This document shows, piece by piece, positions 46,813-56,498 of a stretch of 64,000 bases of DNA; position 1 is the stretch's first letter, and every line of letters begins with the position of its first letter. Source of the stretch: Pseudomonadota bacterium (lineage in GTDB: Bacteria; Myxococcota; JACRCW01; JAFGSX01). The stretch covers positions 1 to 64,000 of the forward strand of contig JBDRCO010000046.1 of the NCBI GenBank assembly GCA_043821645.1, written 5' to 3'. Made by a program: the position numbers and the translations under genes. The notes under the pieces are model-generated. The model did not search any database, was not told the origin of the DNA, and worked only from the letters and a program-made list of their open reading frames with translations.

Positions 46813-47568
46813 TCACTGCTGACGCAGCTCGACGCAGAGGCCACTGACACATGTCGTATGGGTGGGGCAGCCCTGGCCGCAGGCCACCCGCTCGCAACGG
46901 TTGGAGCTACTGCAACCATACATGGATACGGGGCATTGTCCGTTGATGCAGTCGGCCGCTCGACACAGCCCCGTGCCCGTGCAGGTCATCCCCGGCGGGC
47001 AGTCGGATTCGCCCGCGCACTCCAGGGCGCAGGCCCCATACTGCGAGCAGATGGCCAGACCCGGGCAGTGGATCTCGGATCCGCAGGGGCTGCACACACC
47101 ACCCGGGATGCTGCGCGAGCAGGATCCGGGTCCACTCGGGCAGTCGCCATCCACCGAGCACTGGCCCAGCGGGAGGTTGGCCCAGGGATCGGCGCCTGCA
47201 TCCGCGCCTGCCGTGGCGTCTGCTGCAGGGCTGCCATCGTGGGACGCGAGGGCATCTCCGGGCGAGGCCGCATCGCCCGTGGTGACAGCATCTGTCGCCG
47301 GGGCGCCGTCCGCCTGCGAGGTTGCATCCGCTGGCACGGCCCCATCGGTGACCGGCGCGCTATCCATGCCCGATGCCGCGTCCCGGGGAGCGAGGTCCAC
47401 GCCGGGATCCTGATCAGACACGGCGAGGTCGAGGACCAGGATGTCCTGGTGGGCCGCATCGATCTGCAGCGCACCGTCCGCGGTCGAGGCATCCTGCACA
47501 TCGACCGGCGTCGGACATCCGCTTGCCAGGACCAGGGCCGACAACAACCAGGGAATCTGCCTCTTCAT
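46813..47568 (-). CDS. Cys-rich lipoprotein with a long Asp-periodic linker
   Basis: Lipobox LASGC; GGAGG RBS; C-terminal C...DC..G..C modules. Confidence 0.75.
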   Translation of the reverse strand: MKRQIPWLLSALVLASGCPTPVDVQDASTADGALQIDAAHQDILVLDLAVSDQDPGVDLAPRDAASGMDSAPVTDGAVPADATSQADGAPATDAVTTGDAASPGDALASHDGSPAADATAGADAGADPWANLPLGQCSVDGDCPSGPGSCSRSIPGGVCSPCGSEIHCPGLAICSQYGACALECAGESDCPPGMTCTGTGLCRAADCINGQCPVSMYGCSSSNRCERVACGQGCPTHTTCVSGLCVELRQQ

Positions 47569-47666
47569 GCACGCCTCCGCGCCGATGGGAGGCCTGACCA
47601 TAGCACGGCGCCACAGCGGGCTCGCAGGCTGGCCAAAGCGCCGGTCTCCACGGTACAAGAAGGACC

Positions 47667-49076
47667 ATGAGTCGACGCATCAGCGGCCTGCGCACGTCCA
47701 CAGCTCGCCTGACACCACCTACCCGTCGCGAGAGCAGCTGGGCCACGACCCACGACCACCTCACACCTGACAAGGTCGCCAGCGATCGCATGGACAGGGG
47801 GCCGACCCGGACCCGCTCGACCTCGCCCAAGACCCGCGTGCCGACCCGGCACCCCGGCGAGTCGCGACAGGACTTCGTGCTCCGGGCCTTGAGGGAATCG
47901 CAGCGCACGGTGTCCAGGCTGGACCCCCAGGCTGCTGCCACCAAGCTGGACCGGCTGGAGCAGAGCCCCTTCGTGTTCTTTCGCGGCACGGCCTTCTTGT
48001 TTTACGCCGACCTCGCCAAGAGCGAGCGGCACAGGCCCGCGGTGCTGTGCAATGGCGACGTGCACCCCCTCAACTTCGGCACCATGCCTGGTCGCGATGG
48101 CAAGCCCGTGTTCGGCCTCAATGACTTCGACGAGGCCGCGGTGGCGCCCTTCAGCTTCGACGTCAAGCGAGGCGCCACGGGCTTTCAGCTGCTGGCTGCC
48201 GAGAAGGGGCTGTCGCCGGCCGAGCGCGGCAAGGTGGTGCGGGCCTTCGTCGACGGCTACCTGGACATGCTGGAGAAGGCGGACGGCAGCGACCGCGAGC
48301 ACAAGGCCCAGACCGAGAAGCGCACCAAGGGCCCGGTCAAGGAGCTTCTCGAGCGCGCCGCCGACGCCTCGCGCACAAAATTTCTCAAGGGCGAGGTCGC
48401 GCACGGCCGCTTCGTCGAGGATCCCGAGCTGCTGCCCTGCCGCGAGCGCATCCCCGAGTTCGAGCGCGCCGTGCAGCTCTATGTCGAATCGCTGCCCGAG
48501 GACAGACGGCCCGCGGACGGTTTTCTGAAGATCAAGGACGTGGTGCAGAAGCAGGGCAGTGGCACCGGCAGCCTGGGCGCCGAGCGCTACTACGTGCTGG
48601 TCGAGGGCCCCGGCAAGAAGGGCAAGGACGACCGCATCCTCGAGCTCAAGCAGAGCCTGCCCAGCGTGCTCGAGCCTTACAGTGGCATGGACGCGATGAG
48701 CCTGCGCGCCGGTGGCGCCCGCGTGGCCAGCGCCCACCATGTGCAGGTGGTGCACGGCGATCCCCTGTACGGCCACACCACCCTCGACCGCCGCAGCTTC
48801 ATGGTGCGCGAGCGCAGCCCCGAGTGGCAGCGCTTCGACGTCGAGGACGGTGACAGCGCGTCACTGAGGCAGTACGCGCGGAGCTGCGGCGAGGCCCTGG
48901 CTCTGTCCCACGCCCGCTGTGCCGATCATGCCGAGGACCGCATCCTGGACAGCCTGGAACCGGACCGCTTCACCGACGAGGTGGTGGTTCAGGCTCGCGA
49001 GCTGGCCAACAAGGTGGTCGACGACCACGCCCGCTTCGTGCAACTTCGCCGCGACGGTGTGTTCGACCCCGACTGA
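47667..49076 (+). CDS. DUF2252-family (kinase-like fold) protein
   Basis: SPFVFFRGTA, GDVHPLNFG, LNDFDEA, GTGSLG.ERYY, LELKQ, FMVRERSP. Confidence 0.85.
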   Translation: MSRRISGLRTSTARLTPPTRRESSWATTHDHLTPDKVASDRMDRGPTRTRSTSPKTRVPTRHPGESRQDFVLRALRESQRTVSRLDPQAAATKLDRLEQSPFVFFRGTAFLFYADLAKSERHRPAVLCNGDVHPLNFGTMPGRDGKPVFGLNDFDEAAVAPFSFDVKRGATGFQLLAAEKGLSPAERGKVVRAFVDGYLDMLEKADGSDREHKAQTEKRTKGPVKELLERAADASRTKFLKGEVAHGRFVEDPELLPCRERIPEFERAVQLYVESLPEDRRPADGFLKIKDVVQKQGSGTGSLGAERYYVLVEGPGKKGKDDRILELKQSLPSVLEPYSGMDAMSLRAGGARVASAHHVQVVHGDPLYGHTTLDRRSFMVRERSPEWQRFDVEDGDSASLRQYARSCGEALALSHARCADHAEDRILDSLEPDRFTDEVVVQARELANKVVDDHARFVQLRRDGVFDPD

Positions 49077-49163
49077 CGCACGACGACGGACCAGTCCCCT
49101 CGTGGACGGTGCTCACTCCCTCCCCGCGATCCAGTTCATTGCTTGGGACCGCTTTTGGCGGGC

Positions 49164-50120
49164 TCAGCGTCCGAGCTCAGTGGGCGTCACCACCTGTCCC
49201 GGGGCAAACAGCTCCGCACCGGTGGGGCAAGGCTCGCTCCGGTCCGGGATGTCCAGCCGTGCCCCGGCCGGCACGCGTCGCCCGTCGACGGTGAGCTCGC
49301 GGTAGGCACCCTGGCCGCTGTCCAGGTAGTGGAGCACCTGTGAACAGTGCACGGTCGCGATGGTCGAGGGCCACTCCGCCGAGGCCTCGGCCGCCCGCTG
49401 CACGATCCAGTAATCGCTTCGCTCGGCGCTCCAGGGCCGCAGGGCTGGGAACTGCTTGGGCGAGCGGGACTCGAAGCTCATGCCGAGGCCGACCACGTGG
49501 CCGCCGTCGAGGTGGACCACGTGGTATTTGTAGCTGCCGCAGCAGTATCCTGTCTTGACCACCACGTACTGCTCGCTCAGCCAGCCGACGACCTCGGGCG
49601 CACCACCAGCGGGGTTGGCGGCCTGGGGGAGTTCGACCGCGCACGCCGGCGCGCGCTTCTGCTGCATCGCAGCCAGCAGCTCGTCGATCCTGTAGGCGCA
49701 GGCGGTGCCGACACCACCGGCCAGGACCCAGCCACTGGCCCCGTCCTGGCCAGGCGAACCACCCAGGTAGACACAGTGGTCAAAGCCCTCGGCGTCGGTC
49801 GGCACGGCGAAGTGGCCAACGACCTGGTCCGGCGCCGCGGCATCCGCCAGTGCGCAGCCCGCCCGCGGGTCTTCTTCCTCGCGCACCAGGTAGCGCCGCC
49901 CCGCGCTGTCCTGATGCACGCGGCTGCCCGCACGCAGGGCCAGCTCGGTCGAGCCGTACAGTTCCACCACGTCGCCGTGATCCGCGCTCACCATGGGCTG
50001 AGCCGTGGTCGAGCAGGCCATCTGGACAAGGGCAGGTGCAGCGACGACGAGGGCCAGGCGCTGCAGGTGCTGGCGAGGCCTTGCGACGGCGTGCCAGGGA
50101 AGGGTGGGTTGCTGGATCAT
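49164..50120 (-). CDS. Hypothetical exported protein/lipoprotein
   Basis: Hydrophobic leader ending QMAC; lies 26 nt downstream of the alpha-2-macroglobulin gene on the same strand. Confidence 0.55.
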   Translation of the reverse strand: MIQQPTLPWHAVARPRQHLQRLALVVAAPALVQMACSTTAQPMVSADHGDVVELYGSTELALRAGSRVHQDSAGRRYLVREEEDPRAGCALADAAAPDQVVGHFAVPTDAEGFDHCVYLGGSPGQDGASGWVLAGGVGTACAYRIDELLAAMQQKRAPACAVELPQAANPAGGAPEVVGWLSEQYVVVKTGYCCGSYKYHVVHLDGGHVVGLGMSFESRSPKQFPALRPWSAERSDYWIVQRAAEASAEWPSTIATVHCSQVLHYLDSGQGAYRELTVDGRRVPAGARLDIPDRSEPCPTGAELFAPGQVVTPTELGR

Positions 50121-50146
50121 GGCGGGATCTCTCTCCGCTTGAAAAT

Positions 50147-53100
50147 TCAGGGTGTGGCAGGGGCGATCTGCAGCGTGTGGCCCGCGGAGTAGGCGGCGAA
50201 TTCGGGTGCGTACATGGGTTGCACCGTGGCCGGACCGACGCGGAAGGTGCCGGCCATGGCCGCGCGGATGCGGTACTTGAAGGTGTACTCGCCGACGGGC
50301 AGGCGCTCGAAGAAGAAGTTGGTGCCGCTGTCGCGGATCTCCTCGTACCAGTACAGGCCCAGGTTCCACTTGTGTCGGCTGGTGTTGTCGACGGGCTCGA
50401 AGCCGGCGCCCCGGGGATCCCGCAGGTGCACGTACTCGAGGGCGTGCTTCGAGGTCAGCGAGATCTGCACCTCGACCTCGTCGCCAGGCTGCAGCTTCTG
50501 CTTCTCGGCCAGGGGCTTGAGCACCACCTCGCGCCCCGACTTCTCGCGCAGGAAGTACTTCCGGGTCACACCCAAAAAGTCCCCGCGCGCCTCGTCGGGC
50601 AGCTTCTCGGTCGAAAAGTGCCAGGTCGAGGAGGCGAACATCACGCCCTTGGTGTCCTTCTCGACCTTCACCGTCGAGGACGTCTTGGGCTTGACGTCGG
50701 GTCCCGCGATCACGATCTGGTTCTTCTTGCCCGTGTACTGGTCGGGCTCGAAGACGAAGGTCTTCTCGACGTCACCGACCTGCACATGCGCTTCTTCGCG
50801 CACGCCAAGAGCCCCGGTGGCCTTGAGGTAGTGGGCCAGGGAGTACAGCACCTCGGCGGTGGCGCGGGTGCTTTTCCAGTGGTTGAGCTTCTTGTTCAAG
50901 AACAGCCACACCACCAGCCCGTCGAGCTTGGGGTTCTGCGGTTCCAGCTCCATCAGCGTGCGCAGGGCAAAGGCGTGGGTCTCGATGGTGTCGTTGTACC
51001 ACAGCCAGGATCGGTCCTCGGGCGCCCAGTAGGTGCCCTGGTCCTCGCTGGACTTGGCCGAGTCCATGACGCTTTGCCACACCAGACGCGCGTCGCCTGC
51101 GCGATCCATACGCTTGAGGGTCAGCGCCAGGTAGCCCTTGAGGTAGGGCGCGTGCTGCTTCCAGTGCTTGAAGCTGAAGTCGAGCATGGTGCGGCGATCG
51201 GCGTCGGAGAAGGCACCGCCTGTCCACGCCGTGTCGGGGAAATTGCCTATGGTGTAGTTCAAGAAGCTCACGAACTCCCAGCAGCCGTCGTGGGCCATGC
51301 AGGTCTTCACGTCGTCGCTGAGGTAGTGAGCCTTGAGATAGCCAAAGGCGCGCTGCACCACCTGCTGCGGCACGTCGACGCCGAACTCGACGGCCTTGCT
51401 CAGACCGTAGACCAGGTACAGGGTGATGTAGGGCGAGGGTGGGCCGCCCGGGAACCAGGGGAAACCACCCGAGGAGGTCTGGCTCTTTTTGAGCTTGCTC
51501 AGAGCGCCGTCGCGCTGGGCCGTGGCGATCGTGGGATCCAGCACGCGCAGCAGCTCGAAGCCCGGGTCGCGGCCGCCCTGGGCCTGCTGCAGCCAGGGTG
51601 TCTCCTCGAGGGCCATCTTGCGATTGGGATCCGGCGCGTCCCACTGCTCGAGCTGGGTCGAGCGCTCGCTCATCTTCTTGGCCATGGTGGCCACCGCCGG
51701 GTACTGGCCATACAGCGAGGTGAGGATGCCCGTCGACACGAAGCGGTTGAGGGTCTGCTCGGTGCACTCGTAGGGGTAGTTGACCAGGTAGGGCAGGCTG
51801 TCGAGGACGGCGTAGAACAGCTGCCCGTCGAGGGTGACCACCAGCTGCTCGTCGATGCGGCTGGGGTCGTCGTTCTGCTTGAGATCCTCGAACACCATCT
51901 CGCGTCGCGCCTTGTCCTTGAGCACCACGAAGCGCGACTGCATCAGGTGCATGCGGCTGGGCAGGATGGGCAGGGCGCGCTGCTCGCCGTCGACGCGCTT
52001 GCCCGCGCGAGCCACCACCTTGACCGCGATGCTGCCGACGCGCGCCGGGGTCTTCAGGGTGAAGCTCAGGTTGCTGCCACCCTGGGGTTTGACCGCAAAA
52101 ACCAGGCCGCGCGCCTGCTTGGCGTCGAGGCCGAACTCCTTGAGCAGGCTTTCGTTGCTGGCCGGATCGAAGATGTCCAGGTCCAGCTCGCCGCGCAGCT
52201 CCTCATCCGAGGCGTTGTTGACCACGACCTTGAGCACGGCCTGGTCGCCCTCGCGCAGAAAGCGCGGCAGGTAGGGCCTGACCATCAGCTCCTTGACCGT
52301 GCGGGCCTCCTTCTTCAGCGAGCCCGACATCAGGTCCTTGGTCACAGCGTGCACCCACACGTTCCACGAGGTCACCGAGTCCGGAACCTCGAACCTTATG
52401 CTCGCGGTGCCGTCGTCGCCGGTGACCAGGTGTGGCTCGAAGAACGCGGTCTCGGAGAAGTTCGAGCGCACGGGCGCGGCCTCGTCTGCCGGTGGAGGCG
52501 GTGGTGGCGGGGGCGCATCGCGTCCGTCTTTGTCTTTCGCGCCGTCGTCGCTGCGCGAGAGTTCTTCGGCCGGGGCCTCGGCCAGTCTCTCGTCGCCGGC
52601 CAGGGACTCGGACTTGGCCATGAGCTTGCGCGCCGGAGCTGCCGTCGAGGGCGAGGGAGGCATCAAGCCTTCGCGGTAGCGCCCGCCGTGACCGCCGCGC
52701 GCCCCCGGTCCACCAATGCCATAGCCCGACGGGAAGTTGAGTCTGTCGCCGTACAGCGAGGGGTAGCCCGGCGGCGAGCCGAAGCTGTAGCTGCGCACCC
52801 AGGTGGCGCCAACCTGCCCGAGGCTGGTGCGCAGACCGACGACACCCGTGTGCGAGGGATAGAGCGCCAGGGGGGAGGGCGGATTGTGGGGGGCAAAGCT
52901 GTCGAGGCTGCGGTCGTACATGTAGGCCAGCACCTCGGCGGCGGCCACCGCGCTGTCCTGACCCGCGGGACCCGTGACTTTGACCGTCCAGGTCTCTTTC
53001 TGACCCGGTTCCAGCTTGTCGCGGAAGGTCGTGAGCTCGAGGTCGAGTTGCTTGGAGTCCCAGGGGACGAAGATGGAGGCGGACTCCTGGATCAGCTGGT

Positions 53101-56100
53101 GGTCGTGGACCAGCCACAGGGTCACCCCGAACCCTCCGCGGTCCTTCTCGGTGATGGGGATCTCGATCAGCGCCCCATCGCTGCCAGCCACCATCTCACG
53201 GCGCTCGCTGCGCGAGCCGCGGCGAAAGATGTCCACGATCACCCGCTGCTTGTCGAGGCCGCTCAGGGCGAGGATGCGCGCGGTGCCGCCGACCTGCACC
53301 GAGCTCGACTCCACCAGCAACAGCTCGGGCAGGTGCAGATCGTGGGAGCCACCGCTGACCACGAACTCGTGGGCCAGCTGGTAGCGCGCGCCGAAGGCGT
53401 CCTGGGTCTGGTAGCGCAGGCGATAGGCTCCGGGCTTGAGCATGCCGAGCTCGAGGCCGGAGATGCCCTTGGCATCGTGGCTCAGCTCGCCGCGCGAGAT
53501 CTCGGCGCCGTCGGACCAGCGTCGCAGCTCGGCCTGGGCAGTGTAGCCGGTGGCCCAGCGCGGTCGCTGGCCGTCGCCCGTGGTGCGCAGGGGCTTGACG
53601 TCACCACTGGCCCGGGGCTCGGGCAGGGGCAGGTCGGCAGGGCTCAAGGTCTTGTCCGGCTGGCGCAGGGCCAGCAGGCGCCACGAACCAGGGCCAGCCT
53701 GGGGCGCGCCGTCGAGGTCGGTGCGGACCACCCGCAGGTTCACGGCCTGACCGGTGCGCTCGAACGCGTGCTCCTGCTCGACCCGGGCCTCCACCGCGAC
53801 GAAGCCCAGGCGGAAGGACCGGCTCGCCGTTCGCGTCTCGCCACCCTCGTCGATCACCTCGACGCTGACGCCGTAGCGGTAGGTCACGCCTGCCTGATCG
53901 GTGCCGTCGCGCTCGTCCGCGCGCGGGGTGAAGCGCAGGGTGAACGCGCCGCTGTCGTCGAGACTGCTGGTCCCTGCGGCCACGGTCTGCGGTGCACTGC
54001 GGTTGCCGCCCCACCAGCTCCACCACCACGGATACTGCGGTGTGCGCTGTACGCGCCAGCGCACCTGGCCGCTGGTCACGGGCAGGCCAAAGTAATAGCG
54101 CGCCTCGCCACGAACCTCTGCCTCGCGATTGAGGCGCAACGCCTCGGCGGGCTCCTTGAGCGTGGCCTCGAAGGTTGGTCGCTTGTACTCCTCGACCTTG
54201 ATCGCGGCGTAGCCGCTGAGCGACGAGCGCAGCTGCCAGTTGCCGAGGAGGCGTCCGGTCGGGATGTCGAACTCGCCCGAGGCGGTGCCAAAATCATTGG
54301 TGGTCAGTTCCTGGGTGGCCACCACCTGATGGTTGGGGTCCATCAGGTTGATGCTGACCTTCCGCTTGGTCGCCACCTTGAACTGACCCTCGTCCTGCTG
54401 GCCGCTGTAGACCAGGACCTTGAACTTCAGCTTCTGCAGGGGGCGGTAGATGCTGCGGTCAGTGTACAGGAGCGAGGCGGTCACCTCCCCTGGCTTGCCT
54501 GACTGGTAGAAATGATAGGAGCCCGGATCCAGCGCTGCCTCGCCGCCGCTGCGCGCCAGCACGAAGAACGAGTCGCCGGGCTTGCGCACAAAGCGCACCA
54601 GGCCATTGGCGCCCGTTCGCTCGCGCGCGACGCTGTGGTGTCGCTTGCGCCAGTCGTACTGGTACAGAAAGACCTCGACACCGGCGCGCGGACGTCCGCT
54701 GGAACCGGACACCGCCATCACCTCGAGCTTGTCGCCCGCCTGTTGCTGGGACACCAGCTCGAGGTCGCCGAGGATCACGGGCACGGCCTGGAGCTTGTTG
54801 CTGCCGCCGGAGAAGTCCTCGCGAGCCGAGGCGATGATGATGTAGAAGCCCGGCTCGCCCAGGGGTGGCGTGACGAAGCTGCGGTGCATGCGGAAATCGG
54901 TGGTGGCCTCGAGCTTCTCGCTCCACTTCTTGAGGGGTTTCTTGTCGACCAGCACCTCGAGCTGACGCTGGTCGAGGTACAGGTTGTAGTCCTGCTGGGA
55001 TTCGAGGTGGGCCTTGAGGTCTAGGCGGTGGGCGCGGAAGTACAGGGTGGTCAGGTTCTTGTAGGTCACACCCACGGCGCGCCGCTCGACACCGTCCTGG
55101 CGCATGGCCTCGAGGTTGTAGTCGGGCAGCTCGATGACGGCGGCGATGTGGCGGCCTCGCTGGCCCCCCACGCTGTCGGGAAAAGCCTCGACGGCCTGCA
55201 AGGCGATGCCGCGGGCGCGCACCAGGGCGTCGGGAGCCGGCTCCTCGCGCACCATCTCGGCCAGGGTGGCCATGCCCAGGGCCCACCAGGGTTTGCCGTC
55301 GACGCCCTTGAGGGCCGCGCGCAGTGCGTCGCGGAGGCGCGCACGATCCGCGTCGCCGGAGAAATGGCGGTGCAGCAGCTCCAGTCGGGTGCGGCGGGCT
55401 TCGAACGCGGCCTCGGGCTCCTGGCGACCCTGGTGCCAGCGCTCGAGGTCATCGAGCACGGCCGCCAGCTTGAGCAGGGGGTGGACCGCGGCGTCGAGCA
55501 AGCCCTTGTCGTCGGGCAAGCTCCCCTCGGCGTCGGCAGCGCCGCCACCGATGAGCAGGGGGAGCGAGAGCTGGTAGATCTCGTTCTGGTGTTCGGGGCG
55601 CCAGCGTCCGCTGTCCGCGAACTGATCGGCGCGCAGGTAGCTCAGGGTGTCGCGCAGCGTGGGCCGGATGTGTTGCGGATAGTTGTTGCGGGCCACGTAC
55701 TCGCTCAGCTTCTCGACGGCGGAGGAGCCCAGTTGCTCGCGCAGGGGCCACAGCTCCTGCAGAGCGCGCTGTGCCTCGCTGTGGATCTGCTCGTGGGTCC
55801 AGGCCTTGAGGTCCACCGCGGCGGTGGACTCGACCTTCTCGCGCTGGCGGATCTCCCAGCTGTACACCTGGGCGTACTGCTCGAGCAGCGAGGCGTAGTA
55901 GAGCGACAGGGTGGTGTGGCTGAGCAGCTCCTCGGGCCACTGCTGTTCGCGCAGGAAGCGCACGCTGGTCTCGTAACCGTGCAGCGCGCTGCGCAGCTGC
56001 ACCCAGCGGATCAGGCTACGAACCTGCTGCGGGCCATCCTGGGTCTGTCGAGCCTTGGCTAGCAGCTTCTCGACCAGGGTCGAGGCCTCCTCGTACTTCT

Positions 56101-56323
56101 GCTCGTCGGTCAGGGTGTCGTAGGCCTTCCAGCCTTCCGCGAAGGTCCCGCCGTAGGCTTCCACGGTGGGCATTCCGGCATCCCCTGCAGAGGTACTTCT
56201 CGTCGTCATGGCATCCACCTCCTGCGGTCGGGTGTCCACCGTGCTGCGGTTGGCCGAGCACGCCGCCAAGGCGAGCGCGACGATCGCGGGGAGTCCACAG
56301 CGCGCAAGATTTCTGGGAGTCAT
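50147..56323 (-). CDS. Bacterial alpha-2-macroglobulin family lipoprotein
   Basis: Lipobox ALAAC; YTDRSIYRP (MG2), VEEYKRP, VRSNFSETAFF, PDSVTSW, YPYECTEQ thioester motif, GGFPWFPG, MYAPE. Confidence 0.93.
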   Translation of the reverse strand: MTPRNLARCGLPAIVALALAACSANRSTVDTRPQEVDAMTTRSTSAGDAGMPTVEAYGGTFAEGWKAYDTLTDEQKYEEASTLVEKLLAKARQTQDGPQQVRSLIRWVQLRSALHGYETSVRFLREQQWPEELLSHTTLSLYYASLLEQYAQVYSWEIRQREKVESTAAVDLKAWTHEQIHSEAQRALQELWPLREQLGSSAVEKLSEYVARNNYPQHIRPTLRDTLSYLRADQFADSGRWRPEHQNEIYQLSLPLLIGGGAADAEGSLPDDKGLLDAAVHPLLKLAAVLDDLERWHQGRQEPEAAFEARRTRLELLHRHFSGDADRARLRDALRAALKGVDGKPWWALGMATLAEMVREEPAPDALVRARGIALQAVEAFPDSVGGQRGRHIAAVIELPDYNLEAMRQDGVERRAVGVTYKNLTTLYFRAHRLDLKAHLESQQDYNLYLDQRQLEVLVDKKPLKKWSEKLEATTDFRMHRSFVTPPLGEPGFYIIIASAREDFSGGSNKLQAVPVILGDLELVSQQQAGDKLEVMAVSGSSGRPRAGVEVFLYQYDWRKRHHSVARERTGANGLVRFVRKPGDSFFVLARSGGEAALDPGSYHFYQSGKPGEVTASLLYTDRSIYRPLQKLKFKVLVYSGQQDEGQFKVATKRKVSINLMDPNHQVVATQELTTNDFGTASGEFDIPTGRLLGNWQLRSSLSGYAAIKVEEYKRPTFEATLKEPAEALRLNREAEVRGEARYYFGLPVTSGQVRWRVQRTPQYPWWWSWWGGNRSAPQTVAAGTSSLDDSGAFTLRFTPRADERDGTDQAGVTYRYGVSVEVIDEGGETRTASRSFRLGFVAVEARVEQEHAFERTGQAVNLRVVRTDLDGAPQAGPGSWRLLALRQPDKTLSPADLPLPEPRASGDVKPLRTTGDGQRPRWATGYTAQAELRRWSDGAEISRGELSHDAKGISGLELGMLKPGAYRLRYQTQDAFGARYQLAHEFVVSGGSHDLHLPELLLVESSSVQVGGTARILALSGLDKQRVIVDIFRRGSRSERREMVAGSDGALIEIPITEKDRGGFGVTLWLVHDHQLIQESASIFVPWDSKQLDLELTTFRDKLEPGQKETWTVKVTGPAGQDSAVAAAEVLAYMYDRSLDSFAPHNPPSPLALYPSHTGVVGLRTSLGQVGATWVRSYSFGSPPGYPSLYGDRLNFPSGYGIGGPGARGGHGGRYREGLMPPSPSTAAPARKLMAKSESLAGDERLAEAPAEELSRSDDGAKDKDGRDAPPPPPPPPADEAAPVRSNFSETAFFEPHLVTGDDGTASIRFEVPDSVTSWNVWVHAVTKDLMSGSLKKEARTVKELMVRPYLPRFLREGDQAVLKVVVNNASDEELRGELDLDIFDPASNESLLKEFGLDAKQARGLVFAVKPQGGSNLSFTLKTPARVGSIAVKVVARAGKRVDGEQRALPILPSRMHLMQSRFVVLKDKARREMVFEDLKQNDDPSRIDEQLVVTLDGQLFYAVLDSLPYLVNYPYECTEQTLNRFVSTGILTSLYGQYPAVATMAKKMSERSTQLEQWDAPDPNRKMALEETPWLQQAQGGRDPGFELLRVLDPTIATAQRDGALSKLKKSQTSSGGFPWFPGGPPSPYITLYLVYGLSKAVEFGVDVPQQVVQRAFGYLKAHYLSDDVKTCMAHDGCWEFVSFLNYTIGNFPDTAWTGGAFSDADRRTMLDFSFKHWKQHAPYLKGYLALTLKRMDRAGDARLVWQSVMDSAKSSEDQGTYWAPEDRSWLWYNDTIETHAFALRTLMELEPQNPKLDGLVVWLFLNKKLNHWKSTRATAEVLYSLAHYLKATGALGVREEAHVQVGDVEKTFVFEPDQYTGKKNQIVIAGPDVKPKTSSTVKVEKDTKGVMFASSTWHFSTEKLPDEARGDFLGVTRKYFLREKSGREVVLKPLAEKQKLQPGDEVEVQISLTSKHALEYVHLRDPRGAGFEPVDNTSRHKWNLGLYWYEEIRDSGTNFFFERLPVGEYTFKYRIRAAMAGTFRVGPATVQPMYAPEFAAYSAGHTLQIAPATP

Positions 56324-56498
56324 GGTGAGCCCCGATGCGTGGTGATGAGGAGGACCAGGCAACAGGCGCATTGTCCTGGCGTCGGCCTCCGGGTGCAACT
56401 GGATGCAACGGATGAGCGATGGCTGCGATCTGGTCGCCGCAACCAAGCTGCCCCCGGTGCCGTCGGGCCGTGTCCGGGAGTGTGGGCGGGCAGCGCGC

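Noticed and set aside
49850-54502. 1550-aa plus-strand ORF, and similar long antisense ORFs such as 2911-4896, 1476-2813, 35531-37609 and 12522-14165
   Set aside because: Shadow frames of well-supported genes, expected at this GC content; no recognisable motifs.
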